A DNA stretch of 64,000 nucleotides. Origin: Candidatus Omnitrophota bacterium. GTDB lineage: Bacteria; Omnitrophota; Gorgyraeia; Duberdicusellales; 4484-171. Each line of letters begins with the position of its first letter. Position 1 is the first letter of the stretch. The notes below the pieces were generated by a model. That model made no database searches and had not been told where the DNA came from. It saw only the letters and a list, made by a program, of their open reading frames with translations. This document shows, piece by piece, positions 19,879-29,405 of the stretch. Location: positions 818-64,817 of the forward strand of contig JBDRAN010000013.1 of assembly GCA_043823745.1 (NCBI GenBank), written 5' to 3'. The translations under genes and the position numbers were made by a program.

Positions 19879-19956
19879 AATAAAACTTGTCTATTTTTCT
19901 TGTGGCATTGCCATATTTTCTTGATTTGATAGGAGCGCTTAACCGAAGGAGGTATT

Positions 19957-20640
19957 ATGTCCCGTAAGAAACAATCAAAAGGAAAGTGCGCTTACTGCGG
20001 CATAGAAATAGCTGGAAGCGGCATGTCTAAGCACCTTTTCGCCTGCCGCCGGCGCCAGACAGTTATTAGAGAAGCCGGGGGCAAAAAAGTCCGAAACGAA
20101 ACATTGTATCATCTTCGCGTGCAAGACGCCTGGCGCGGGGAGTTTTGGCTGGATTTGGAGATGCGCGGCTCAAGCACTCTGAAAGATCTTGATGAGTATC
20201 TGCGCGGCATTTGGCTGGAGTGCTGCGGCCATATGAGCCAATTTTCAATTGGGGGCTGGCGAGGGGGAGAAATACCCAAGAGCCGGCGGGCTGAAGATAT
20301 TTTCAATAGAGGGACTCAACTTACGCATATCTATGACTTTGGGACTTCATCCGAAACAGTGATTAAGGTTGCGGGGGTACGTGAAGGTCAACCGGTCACC
20401 GCATATCCTATTGCGCTTATGGCGCGCAATTTGACTCCGGAAGCTAAGTGTGAGGAATGCGGCCGGCCGGCGGCATGGTTATGCGTGGAGTGCCTTATTG
20501 AAGAAGAGAGGCGGGGCACATTGTGCGATGAGCATACCAAGAGTCATCCCCACGACAATTATGGCGAGCCCGTTCCTTTAGTGAATTCACCTAGAATGGG
20601 TATGTGCGGCTATACCGGTCCGGCAGAACCGCCGTATTAA
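19957..20640 (+). CDS. zinc-ribbon protein with pRiA4b ORF-3-like central domain
   Basis: N-terminal CxxC (CAYCG) and C-terminal CEECG...CVEC...CDEH. Central LKDLDEYLRGIWLECCGHMSQFSIGG resembles the PRiA4_ORF3 family block. Confidence 0.4.
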   Translation: MSRKKQSKGKCAYCGIEIAGSGMSKHLFACRRRQTVIREAGGKKVRNETLYHLRVQDAWRGEFWLDLEMRGSSTLKDLDEYLRGIWLECCGHMSQFSIGGWRGGEIPKSRRAEDIFNRGTQLTHIYDFGTSSETVIKVAGVREGQPVTAYPIALMARNLTPEAKCEECGRPAAWLCVECLIEEERRGTLCDEHTKSHPHDNYGEPVPLVNSPRMGMCGYTGPAEPPY

Positions 20641-20662
20641 GAACAAAAACAAAGAGGTAATT

Positions 20663-21739
20663 ATGACGGAGAAAATTGGGAGAAATGATCCTTGTCCCTG
20701 TGGTTCGGGAAAGAAATATAAACGATGCTGCTTGGGAAAAAATGACGTAGTTAATAAACAGAAGAGCGGAATTCCGCTTGGAAGATTATCTATTATGAAT
20801 TACGGAAAAGAGCTGAAAGGTAACCCCGAATTGTTAAAGGCTGTGAGTAGTGAAGCGGACAAAGTTAAGCCTGATAAAAGTTTTACAAAGTTTATAGAGA
20901 ACTTATGGGATAACAAAAAGATGAGCGGGCTAACCACAAAAGAGATAGTGGAGAGATTAAAAGATATGAATGTTTGCTTTGAGGCGAATCTTTTTAAAAA
21001 GCAGGCCGGGCAACATATCTCCGCCATTAGATTAGCGGAAGAACATTATTACACTCAAGATTATAAGGCTCAAGGTCATGAGGAAGATTTTATCTGGTTA
21101 GCAATATGCGCATTATGGAAAAGACTTCTTCCCGGGCGATTTAATATTGAAATGCTCGATGAGTTGATGCAGGAAGGGTATAGAGATATTGATTCACCAC
21201 AAAAGCATAAAGAAGGGGTAGGGAAGTGGCTGAGGGCATGGGCTATCATAGAGGAGATAGTTCCTTCTCGTATTACATCAGCGCTTGCGGCCGATAGGTT
21301 TATGCCGGAACCCTTAACCCAGAGTATCTTTAATTGGTGTCAGGATTTGAAGGTAGAGTTAGAAAATGCAGGGATGAAAGATCGGCATTTTTTAAAGAAA
21401 CGTATTGGATTTTGCCGAGAGTTCTGCCTGCATTTTCCTGATACAGAAGCAAACGTCATATTAAATATGCGTAGAGCCGAAGCGGAATCTTTTGCTTTAC
21501 TGGGAAAAATAGAAAAAGCAGACAGCCTTTTTGCTGTTCTGGTCGAGAGTTTTCCTGATGTAGTCTGGCCCTATATCGGCTGGGGAGACATCCATTGTAG
21601 CAAAAGGTTCCCTGGTCAGATGGATTATGCGAAAGCGGAAGAAATTTATAAAAAGGGCATTGCGCAATGTAAGGATGGTGAAGACATAGAAGTTCTTCAC
21701 GAAAGATTAGAAGAATTAACTGAACAGCGGAAAAAATAA
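20663..21739 (+). CDS. SEC-C motif domain protein (helical/TPR-like remainder)
   Basis: N-terminal SEC-C metal-binding motif RNDPCPCGSGKKYKRCC. Confidence 0.55.
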   Translation: MTEKIGRNDPCPCGSGKKYKRCCLGKNDVVNKQKSGIPLGRLSIMNYGKELKGNPELLKAVSSEADKVKPDKSFTKFIENLWDNKKMSGLTTKEIVERLKDMNVCFEANLFKKQAGQHISAIRLAEEHYYTQDYKAQGHEEDFIWLAICALWKRLLPGRFNIEMLDELMQEGYRDIDSPQKHKEGVGKWLRAWAIIEEIVPSRITSALAADRFMPEPLTQSIFNWCQDLKVELENAGMKDRHFLKKRIGFCREFCLHFPDTEANVILNMRRAEAESFALLGKIEKADSLFAVLVESFPDVVWPYIGWGDIHCSKRFPGQMDYAKAEEIYKKGIAQCKDGEDIEVLHERLEELTEQRKK

Positions 21740-21743
21740 AACT

Positions 21744-21858
21744 CTGTTCCAATGCGTTCGCCTCGGCGGAGCCTCGAGCGAAGCCGGGCGCCTGCCCGCC
21801 TCATGAGTGGGGGTTTGCCTGCCTGCCGGCAAGGCAGGGAACAAGGTTGAATAGAGGT
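21744..21858. repeat. intergenic palindromic element, family member 3 (gttccaatgcg ... cctgcctgccggcaaggcaggg ... ggttgaatag)
   Basis: Shares gttccaatgcg, the ctgcctgccgg/caggcag palindrome and ggttgaat with 17877-17936. Confidence 0.45.
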
Positions 21859-22103
21859 AAAGGCGATATGGAAAAAATATTACGCGCATAGTTTAGTGGG
21901 CCGGCCGAAAGAGGAGTGGCAATTGATTGAAGAGTATTTGCGTGCAGGGACAGATATATTGATTAAATAGCTGGATTGACTGAAAAATAAATAAGGGCGG
22001 GTAAAAATGCACAAGAAGAGCCAAAAAACACGATACGAAGACACTAAAATATTTTGAAAAGTAGCTATTTTTATTTATTTTTCGGTTTATGATAAGGAGG
22101 TAT

Positions 22104-22925
22104 ATGTCTAAAAGAGCCATTATCGTTAAAGGAAGTAAGATAACCATAATTACGGCGCACGAAGCCGATTATATTTCATTGACGGACATGGCGAAACGGT
22201 TTGGTGATGATACGATTATCTATAATTGGATTCGTAACAGAAATACTATAGAATTTCTTGGTATTTGGGAACGCATATACAATCCCGATTTTAATCCTGT
22301 CGAATTCGAGAGGTTTAAAAACGAAGCAGGACTTAACCGATTCAGCTTATCGCCTAAGAAATGGGTAGATGCTACTAATGCAATCGGCATTATTTCTAAA
22401 GCCGGCCGTTATGGAGGGGGAACTTTTGCCCATAAGGACATAGCCTTTGAATTTGGTTCTTGGTTAAGCGCGGAGTTCAAATTGTATCTGATAAAGGAAT
22501 TTCAACGCCTAAAAGAAGACGAGCAAAAAAGATTGTCGCTTGAGTGGAACCTTCAGCGTACGCTGGCGAAGATAAATTACCGTATCCACACGGACGCGGT
22601 TAAAGAAAAGCTGTTGCCGCCGGAGCTTTCAAGCAGGCAGATAAACGGGATATATGCTGATGAAGCGGATTTGCTTAATGTCGCGCTTTTTGGCATAACT
22701 GCCAAAGAGTGGCGGGATACTCATCCCGGACAGGAAGGAAATATTCGTGATTACGCCGCCATTGAACAACTGGTCGTTTTATCCAATCTTGAAAGCGTCA
22801 ATGCGGTGCTTATTCATCAAGGGCTTTCTCAGGCACAGAGACTGGGGCAGTTAAACAGGATTGCCATTATGCAGATGAGGTCATTACTTGGGTATAAAGA
22901 AATAAAAAGATTGAAGAATGAGTAA
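22104..22925 (+). CDS. KilA-N domain protein
   Basis: N-terminal block (ITIITAHEADYISLTDMAKRFG...NWIRNRNTIEFLGIWE) typical of the KilA-N DNA-binding domain. AGGAGG RBS before the ATG at 22104. Confidence 0.55.
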   Translation: MSKRAIIVKGSKITIITAHEADYISLTDMAKRFGDDTIIYNWIRNRNTIEFLGIWERIYNPDFNPVEFERFKNEAGLNRFSLSPKKWVDATNAIGIISKAGRYGGGTFAHKDIAFEFGSWLSAEFKLYLIKEFQRLKEDEQKRLSLEWNLQRTLAKINYRIHTDAVKEKLLPPELSSRQINGIYADEADLLNVALFGITAKEWRDTHPGQEGNIRDYAAIEQLVVLSNLESVNAVLIHQGLSQAQRLGQLNRIAIMQMRSLLGYKEIKRLKNE

Positions 22926-22961
22926 ATTTTTTGATAAATAGGAAGAAGAAGGGGTGAGACT

Positions 22962-23702
22962 GTGACGTTTTGTCACAGGTTGAAAGGGTATATGATTACA
23001 TTTGGTATTAGGCAATCGTTTCAAAAACGCGAGCAGGTAGAAGAAAGATACGCTAATGTGAAAGTACCCATCGAATTGGCTCTACCTTATTATTGGGATA
23101 TTTACAATCCTGCGCGGGTTTACTTAGGAGAAATAGTGGATAAAGTTAAAAGCTACGGTACGCGTGTGTTAAGTATTCACGCGGTTCAGGCGCCTCTGCA
23201 TGGCGAAGAATTTAGAATATGGGGAAAAGAAACGGCTGACTTTGCGATCGCGCTTGGCGTCAAAGCTATAACAGTGCATCCTAACAATGTAAATAAAAAA
23301 ACAAATGCGCAGGAAACCGCGCTGAAAAATTTAGAGTATTTTGCCGATTTATATAAAAACGAGGTTATTTTTTGCGTGGAAACTTTTGAGGGCAAGCGAA
23401 GGGTATTTACTCCCGAGGAAATAGTCAGATTTAGTTTGCCTATGACCCTTGATGTCGCGCATATCGGGGATGATAAAAAGGTTTGGGATTTGCTGAGAAA
23501 TTATCGAGATAAGATCGTAACCGTGCATCTTTCAGCGCGAAATAGCAGTAGCCAACATCTACCAATCGATGGTTTTTGCAAAGACGTAGTTAGATTTCTC
23601 GCTGGAAACAATTGGCAGGGACAGGTGATACTGGAATATTTACCGGAATTTCACGACAAATTAATACCCGATTTGGAATCGGTGAAAGCAATGCAGGTAT
23701 AA
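22962..23702 (+). CDS. xylose-isomerase-like TIM-barrel protein (sugar phosphate isomerase/epimerase family)
   Basis: Repeated ...HAVQAPLHGEE / AITVHPN / VTVHLSARN blocks suggest the AP-endonuclease-2/xylose isomerase-like fold. GTG start at 22962 (alternative ATG at 22992). Confidence 0.35.
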   Translation: MTFCHRLKGYMITFGIRQSFQKREQVEERYANVKVPIELALPYYWDIYNPARVYLGEIVDKVKSYGTRVLSIHAVQAPLHGEEFRIWGKETADFAIALGVKAITVHPNNVNKKTNAQETALKNLEYFADLYKNEVIFCVETFEGKRRVFTPEEIVRFSLPMTLDVAHIGDDKKVWDLLRNYRDKIVTVHLSARNSSSQHLPIDGFCKDVVRFLAGNNWQGQVILEYLPEFHDKLIPDLESVKAMQV

Positions 23703-23710
23703 CTAAAAAA

Positions 23711-23854
23711 ATGAATACTTATTTTAAATATTGGGGCAAAGCCCGAAAGAAAGAAGATGGAAGATGGGATTATCACCTGTTGCCGTATCATTGCTTAGAT
23801 GTGGCGGCGGTTGAAGCGATTGTGTCGAGGTGGTTACAAAATGTAACCACCTGA
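23711..23854 (+). pseudogene. truncated duplicate of the cas3 HD-domain N-terminus
   Basis: The 47-aa ORF MNTYFKYWGKARKKEDGRWDYHLLPYHCLDVAAVEAI parallels the intact cas3 N-terminus MNDYFWAKTTQEGRPGKSVLSHMRDVQAVANI. Confidence 0.45.
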
Positions 23855-24056
23855 AAATGTGGTTTCGTGGGAATAGATAGGAACTATAACAAACTTGTTT
23901 AAAGACGATTTGACGGAGTTTATAAGATTGTAGGAACGGGCAATTGGCTGACGAAATCGTTACAAAATGTAATGCCTTGAAATTTGCGCAAGTTGTGCGA
24001 GAAGCTATTAGTTGGTTGCAAGAATTACTTAAGACGTGCAAGAAGGAATAAAAAAA

Positions 24057-26612
24057 ATGAACGATTATTTTTGGGCGAAAACTACTCAAGAGGGTAGACC
24101 TGGTAAATCAGTATTGTCGCATATGCGTGATGTCCAGGCCGTTGCCAATATATTGCTTAATGGCAAGAAGGGTTTGTTGTCTACGTATGGCCTGAATCGA
24201 GAAATCGTTTCCGCATTTGCTGGTTTGCATGATATCGGGAAAATTTCGCCCTGCTTTCAGTCGAAATGCGAAGAATGGCTGCGGCAAAATAAGCTTGAAA
24301 GTGTTGCGAGAAATAATGCGTGGGATACGCTTGAATCAGACCATGCAAAGATTACCCAGTACACGATTCAGAATATTTTGCAGAAAAATAAAATGACAGC
24401 TGAATCAGCGGAGCTTTGGAGTGCACTTCTAGGCGCTCACCATGGCCGACTTAATAGGCTCGGATCAACACCGCGCGGCTGTAAGCCGGATGATGAGTGG
24501 GAAAATAGGCGTGAGAAGCAAGCGATGGATTTTTTTGGGTCTGTTATCTTGCCGGGTTTGGCGATTGATGATTCATGGCCGCTTGCTTGGTGGCTTGCCG
24601 GGCTTGTTTCGATAGCTGACTGGATTGGATCGAATGAAGATTACTTTTTTCCTGATAAGATTGAAACATCACAGGATGAAAGCAATAGAATAGCTACAGC
24701 CGCGTTTAAGGCAATTGGATTTGATAACATTGAAATACATCAAAACCTTTCTTTTAGCGATATTTTCAAAGATGATGCCGGACAGCCTTTTTACCCTAAT
24801 GATCTTCAGGTTAAAGCAGGCGATAGGATTATCAAGCCAGGGCTTTATGTGATTGAAGCGCCGATGGGCATGGGGAAGACAGAAGCGGCTCTATGGTGTT
24901 CATATAAGCTGATGTGTGAGGAGAAAGCTTCAGGAATTTACTTTGCTTTACCAACTCAGGCAACGAGCAACAGAATACATATACGCATGCAAAAGTTTTT
25001 AGAAAGAATATCAAAAACGACTGTTGAGGCAAAACTTGTACATGCGAATTCCTGGCTTTTGGACAACATTCGAATGCCTCGCTTGCGACCAGCTTCTACT
25101 ATCGATAAGGAGTCAACACAAGACGCTAAAGATTGGTTTGCTTCAAAAAAACGCGCTTTGCTTGCACCTTTTGGTGTAGGTACGGTTGATCAGGCGCTTA
25201 TGAGTATTATCGCAGTTAAGCATTTTTTTGTCCGTCAGTTTGCGCTGGCAGGAAAAGTAATAATTTTAGACGAAGTGCATTCCTATGATTTGTATACAGG
25301 AACGCTTATTAAGACATTATGCGAGAAGTTATTACCGCTGGGGTGTACTATTTTAATCCTTTCGGCAACGCTTACTCGCAAGACAAAAAAAGGATTTATT
25401 GATAGAGCTAATGATTGCGATGATAAGGTGTATCCGCTTATTACCGGCAAGGAATATGGTGAGGAACAACCGTTGTTTGTACCGGTTGAAAAGCCGGAAG
25501 AAAAAAACGTACAAATATATTTTAAAAATGAAGCAAACGCACTTTCAAATGCTATTGAAAAGGCAGTAAGCGGGGCAAGCGTTTTATGGGTATGTGATAC
25601 CGTACAGCGAGCGCAAGAAATGTATCACCATGCTGTTTTGAGTGAAAGCAAGGTGGAATTAGGGCTTATACACGCACGTTTTCCGGTATTTCGTAGACAG
25701 GAGTTAGAAGGCTATTGGATGGAAAAAAAGCTCGGCAAAGATGGTGCTGGCAGAAGCGGCTGTATTCTTTTTAGTACGCAGGTGGTTGAGCAAAGCGTTG
25801 ATCTTGATGCTGATTTTATGGTAAGTGAATTGGCTCCGACGGATATGCTGCTCCAGCGAATGGGCAGATTATGGCGGCATAATCGAACCCAGCGGCCATG
25901 CGAAAGACCAGAATTCTGTATTGTCGCTGAAAATAATCAATTTAATGAATTTAAAAATTTTTCGGCGGATAAGATAAAGAAAATGTTTGGAACAAAAGCC
26001 AAAGTTTATACGCCCTATGTATTGCTGAGAAGTTTTGAGCTTTGGCGTAATAAGGAGTCCGTAAATTTGCCAAATGATATTCATGATTTGCTTGAGCAGA
26101 CGTATATGGTGCGTGATAATGAGCCAGAGGGTTGGCAAAAGCTTTTAGAAGAAATTGAAGGGGAAAATTTTGCGAAAAAAAATTCGGCTGACTTTGAAGC
26201 GAACATGTGGAATCCTTTACTTAATGACGAGGAAGGTATCGCCAAAACCCGCATTAATAATTATTCCGTGACCCAAATGATTTTAATCAAGAAAAAGGAA
26301 GGAACGAAAATTATTCTTTTAAACGGTGAGGTGGCTGAATTGCGTAACGTTGCCGTTTCGTTAGTTGCGGCCCGAGCAATACATCGAAATATAGTTAAAA
26401 TTCCCGCGTATTGTTTTAGCGCGCGAACAGAAAATCAGGATATTTCGGCATTGGTGTGCGGTGATTGGCAATTGGGGATTGTAAAAGATAACGGCAATAT
26501 TAAGAATCAAAATCTAAAAAGTGATTATACGCTTAAATATACGCCGGAAAAAGGCGTTGAGATCATACGTAATAAAACTGAAAGTGAGGTGGACAATGAA
26601 CCTTGTGACTGA
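24057..26612 (+). CDS. cas3: CRISPR-associated helicase/nuclease Cas3 (HD domain fused, type I-E)
   Basis: HD N-terminus (H..D..GK), Walker A (APMGMGKTEAAL), DExH (ILDEVHSYD) and helicase C-terminal motifs. Followed by cse1. ATG at 24057 preceded by AAGGAA; alternative GTG at 24036. Confidence 0.9.
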   Translation: MNDYFWAKTTQEGRPGKSVLSHMRDVQAVANILLNGKKGLLSTYGLNREIVSAFAGLHDIGKISPCFQSKCEEWLRQNKLESVARNNAWDTLESDHAKITQYTIQNILQKNKMTAESAELWSALLGAHHGRLNRLGSTPRGCKPDDEWENRREKQAMDFFGSVILPGLAIDDSWPLAWWLAGLVSIADWIGSNEDYFFPDKIETSQDESNRIATAAFKAIGFDNIEIHQNLSFSDIFKDDAGQPFYPNDLQVKAGDRIIKPGLYVIEAPMGMGKTEAALWCSYKLMCEEKASGIYFALPTQATSNRIHIRMQKFLERISKTTVEAKLVHANSWLLDNIRMPRLRPASTIDKESTQDAKDWFASKKRALLAPFGVGTVDQALMSIIAVKHFFVRQFALAGKVIILDEVHSYDLYTGTLIKTLCEKLLPLGCTILILSATLTRKTKKGFIDRANDCDDKVYPLITGKEYGEEQPLFVPVEKPEEKNVQIYFKNEANALSNAIEKAVSGASVLWVCDTVQRAQEMYHHAVLSESKVELGLIHARFPVFRRQELEGYWMEKKLGKDGAGRSGCILFSTQVVEQSVDLDADFMVSELAPTDMLLQRMGRLWRHNRTQRPCERPEFCIVAENNQFNEFKNFSADKIKKMFGTKAKVYTPYVLLRSFELWRNKESVNLPNDIHDLLEQTYMVRDNEPEGWQKLLEEIEGENFAKKNSADFEANMWNPLLNDEEGIAKTRINNYSVTQMILIKKKEGTKIILLNGEVAELRNVAVSLVAARAIHRNIVKIPAYCFSARTENQDISALVCGDWQLGIVKDNGNIKNQNLKSDYTLKYTPEKGVEIIRNKTESEVDNEPCD

Positions 26613-28221
26613 AAAATGGGTTCCGGTGGTAAGAATGGACGGAAAGCCGGATTTTGCCAGTTTGATGCAGATTTTTGCAGAAGGCGATACATTTGCGGAC
26701 CTTTCGGTTCGGCCGCATGAGCGGGTAGCGCTGATGCGTTTGCTTATCTGCATCGTCCAAGCCGCCCTTGACGGTCCGAAGGGTAAGGATGAGTGGAAAA
26801 CCGCGCCTGACAAATTACCGGCTGCGTCAAAAAAGTATTTAGAGCAATGGAAAGGGTCGTTTGAGTTGTTTGATAAGGATAAACCATTTTTGCAGATTGT
26901 GGGGTTGTCGGTAAAAGAAAAAAGAGCAAAGTCGAACGTCAAAACAAAAATTAAAAATAAGGTCAAGGTAACTGGCAAAGTGGATAGTCCTGATTTGCTG
27001 ACGCCAATTAGCAAATTAGATATTGCATTGGCAACGGGCAATAAGTCAACATTGTTTGATCATTATGCAGGCATAGATAGTGAACGAATTCTTGATGAAA
27101 AGCAAATTGCGATAGGGCTTATTACCTATCAGAATTTTAGTGCGAGTGGAAGAATTGGAATTGTAATATGGGATAGAGTTGAGAGCCCAGGAAAGGGTGC
27201 GAGTTTTCCTGCTCCTGGTATTGATAAGCTAATGTTACATACTTTTTTAAGAGGTAAAAACATATTGCATACTATTGCTTTAAATTTGTTGACCAAGGAC
27301 ATTGCGGCGAGACACTATGGCAAAAGCGATGTGTGGGGACGACCTGTTTGGGAAATGTTTCCTCATGGTTACAGTGATGACGACGCTTTGAATAATGCAA
27401 CAAGAACGTATTTAGGGCGACTCGTTCCGATATCGCGATCAATTAAGATTAGGCGTAAAGAACAGGATATGATTTTGGCTAACGGATTTAAATATCCTTT
27501 ATCGGCAGAGAGTTTCTATGAAACTAGCGCAACAATAAAAATTTCGAGGAATAAAAGAATTATGTTGAAAGTGAGTAGTAACGCAATTTGGCGTGAATTA
27601 TCTGCGATTACGGTGAGAAATATTTCTGATAATAGCGGCGCACGAGGCCCAAGAGCATTGGAAAATTTACCTAATGGAGATTTTGACATATGGTGCGGAG
27701 GAATTGAGTGGAATGTAAATGGTGGATATATAAATTCCGCTGAATCCGTATATACTATCTCATCTAAAATGTTAACAGAAGAAGGACGGCTGCTCTATGA
27801 AGATAGTGTTAGGGATGCTGAGGTATTATCAAAAAAAGTAGGTCGGGCGGTGGAAGAGTATCGAAAAAATATAGATGGTTTTTGGGAAGCACGTGTTGAT
27901 CCTAAAAAAAATAAAGACGCTTTTAAGATTGAGTATGCTCTCCATGCTAAAGTTACCCGTGCCTATTGGACCGCGGTAGAAAAACAGCGGTATTTATTAA
28001 CGGCGTGTGTTGATGCGTTTGGGACAGATGGATTAGAGCCGGCGCGTCAAGTATGGGGAAAGGCCTTGCACAAGGCGGCACGGGATGCGTATACAGTCGC
28101 CTGTGGGCAGGAAACGCCGCGACAAATTCGCGCGTTTGCCTTGGGCTGGAAAAAGCTTTTTGCTGAAAAGAAAGCGGTTGATGTTAATGAAGAACAAAAC
28201 ACAGACGGAGGTGAAGAATGA
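26596..28221 (+). CDS. cse1: Cascade large subunit Cse1/CasA (Cas8e)
   Basis: N-terminal MNLVTEKWVPV block, typical Cse1 size, and a position immediately after cas3 that overlaps its stop. Confidence 0.8.
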   Translation: MNLVTEKWVPVVRMDGKPDFASLMQIFAEGDTFADLSVRPHERVALMRLLICIVQAALDGPKGKDEWKTAPDKLPAASKKYLEQWKGSFELFDKDKPFLQIVGLSVKEKRAKSNVKTKIKNKVKVTGKVDSPDLLTPISKLDIALATGNKSTLFDHYAGIDSERILDEKQIAIGLITYQNFSASGRIGIVIWDRVESPGKGASFPAPGIDKLMLHTFLRGKNILHTIALNLLTKDIAARHYGKSDVWGRPVWEMFPHGYSDDDALNNATRTYLGRLVPISRSIKIRRKEQDMILANGFKYPLSAESFYETSATIKISRNKRIMLKVSSNAIWRELSAITVRNISDNSGARGPRALENLPNGDFDIWCGGIEWNVNGGYINSAESVYTISSKMLTEEGRLLYEDSVRDAEVLSKKVGRAVEEYRKNIDGFWEARVDPKKNKDAFKIEYALHAKVTRAYWTAVEKQRYLLTACVDAFGTDGLEPARQVWGKALHKAARDAYTVACGQETPRQIRAFALGWKKLFAEKKAVDVNEEQNTDGGEE

Positions 28222-28742
28222 GCCAAAATACAAAAGGAAGGCTGTTAAAGTTTCTGCGGGAATGCAGTGATCTCGATGACAGGGCAGCTCTTGCTAATTT
28301 GCGATGCGCGCTTAGGGATAAGCTTAAACATCGCGCATGGCCGATTCTTGCCCGCTTTGGGGGCATTGGCGATTATGCAAAAGAATATGACCATCATGCG
28401 AAGGTTGTACAGACCGTTGCAGGCTTGTTTGCGATGCATCCTAAAGGTGATTCTAACGGTGATTTTGGTTTAGCATGCAGAAATCTTATGCGCGATGACG
28501 AAAAGTTATATGACCCTAAGGATGTTGGGCCGGTTGGCAGGAGATTCCAACATTTGCTTTCATCGAAGACTGAGGAGGTCTGCGACCGTGCTATCCGACT
28601 TGCCCTTCGTATGAAAGCGCAGGATGTTCCGGTAAATTATGATGAGCTTTTTGACGGTCTGTTGTTCTGGGGTGATAAAATTAAGGCGAAGTGGGCAGGT
28701 AGCTTCTGGAGCGCTCCGAAGATGGAGGAGGTGGCTGAATGA
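28218..28742 (+). CDS. cse2: Cascade small subunit Cse2/CasB
   Basis: 174-aa alpha-helical protein following cse1 with overlapping stop/start. Confidence 0.7.
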   Translation: MSQNTKGRLLKFLRECSDLDDRAALANLRCALRDKLKHRAWPILARFGGIGDYAKEYDHHAKVVQTVAGLFAMHPKGDSNGDFGLACRNLMRDDEKLYDPKDVGPVGRRFQHLLSSKTEEVCDRAIRLALRMKAQDVPVNYDELFDGLLFWGDKIKAKWAGSFWSAPKMEEVAE

Positions 28743-29383
28743 AGTATGCGACTCGGATTGTAGTGGATAAATCGGTAGCGGCCAACCGGCGATTGTTTGA
28801 GCTTTACGAGTGGCATCAGGAAGCGTGGAAATTATTTCCCGGAAGACCACGAGATAAGCGGGATTTTCTTACCCGGCTTGATGTTGATGAGTATGAGTTT
28901 CGATTCACGGTTTTGTCTGGGACTAAGCCGCAAAAGCCGGATTGGTGCGCGCAGGAGTGGTGGAATGAGAAAGAAATGCCGCAATCATTTTTTGAACAAA
29001 AGCGATATTTGTTTAAGGTTCTGGCAAATCCGACTCGTACGCTTTCGCGGCGTGATCCTGCGGGAAATAAAAAGAAACATGGTAGTCATTATGCGATAAC
29101 TGAGCAGGAGGAGCTTAAGCAATGGATTATAAGGAAGGGAGAGCAGTGTGGTTTTGTAGTTTTAGACGATCCTCAACTTGATATTTCACCACCGATTTTT
29201 CATCGGTTTTATAAGGAAGACAAGAAAATACAGAAAGAATACGAAGGTGGTATTGTCGGAGTAGAATTTAAGGGTGCGCTGGAAGTAACAAACAAAGAAA
29301 GTTTTTTAAAGGCAGTTCGTGAAGGTATAGGCCGCGCCCGGGGAGTTGGGTTCGGCATGTTGGTTTTAAAACCGATAGCATAA
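28739..29383 (+). CDS. cas6e: crRNA endoribonuclease Cas6e/CasE
   Basis: Strong similarity to the E. coli CasE pattern (ELYEWHQEAWKLFPGRPRDKRDFL vs DLYQLHQGLWHLFPNRPDAARDFL) and a G-rich C-terminal loop (GIGRARGVGFGMLVL). Confidence 0.8.
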   Translation: MKYATRIVVDKSVAANRRLFELYEWHQEAWKLFPGRPRDKRDFLTRLDVDEYEFRFTVLSGTKPQKPDWCAQEWWNEKEMPQSFFEQKRYLFKVLANPTRTLSRRDPAGNKKKHGSHYAITEQEELKQWIIRKGEQCGFVVLDDPQLDISPPIFHRFYKEDKKIQKEYEGGIVGVEFKGALEVTNKESFLKAVREGIGRARGVGFGMLVLKPIA

Positions 29384-29405
29384 TTAAAACAAAAGGAGAT
29401 TTGCC

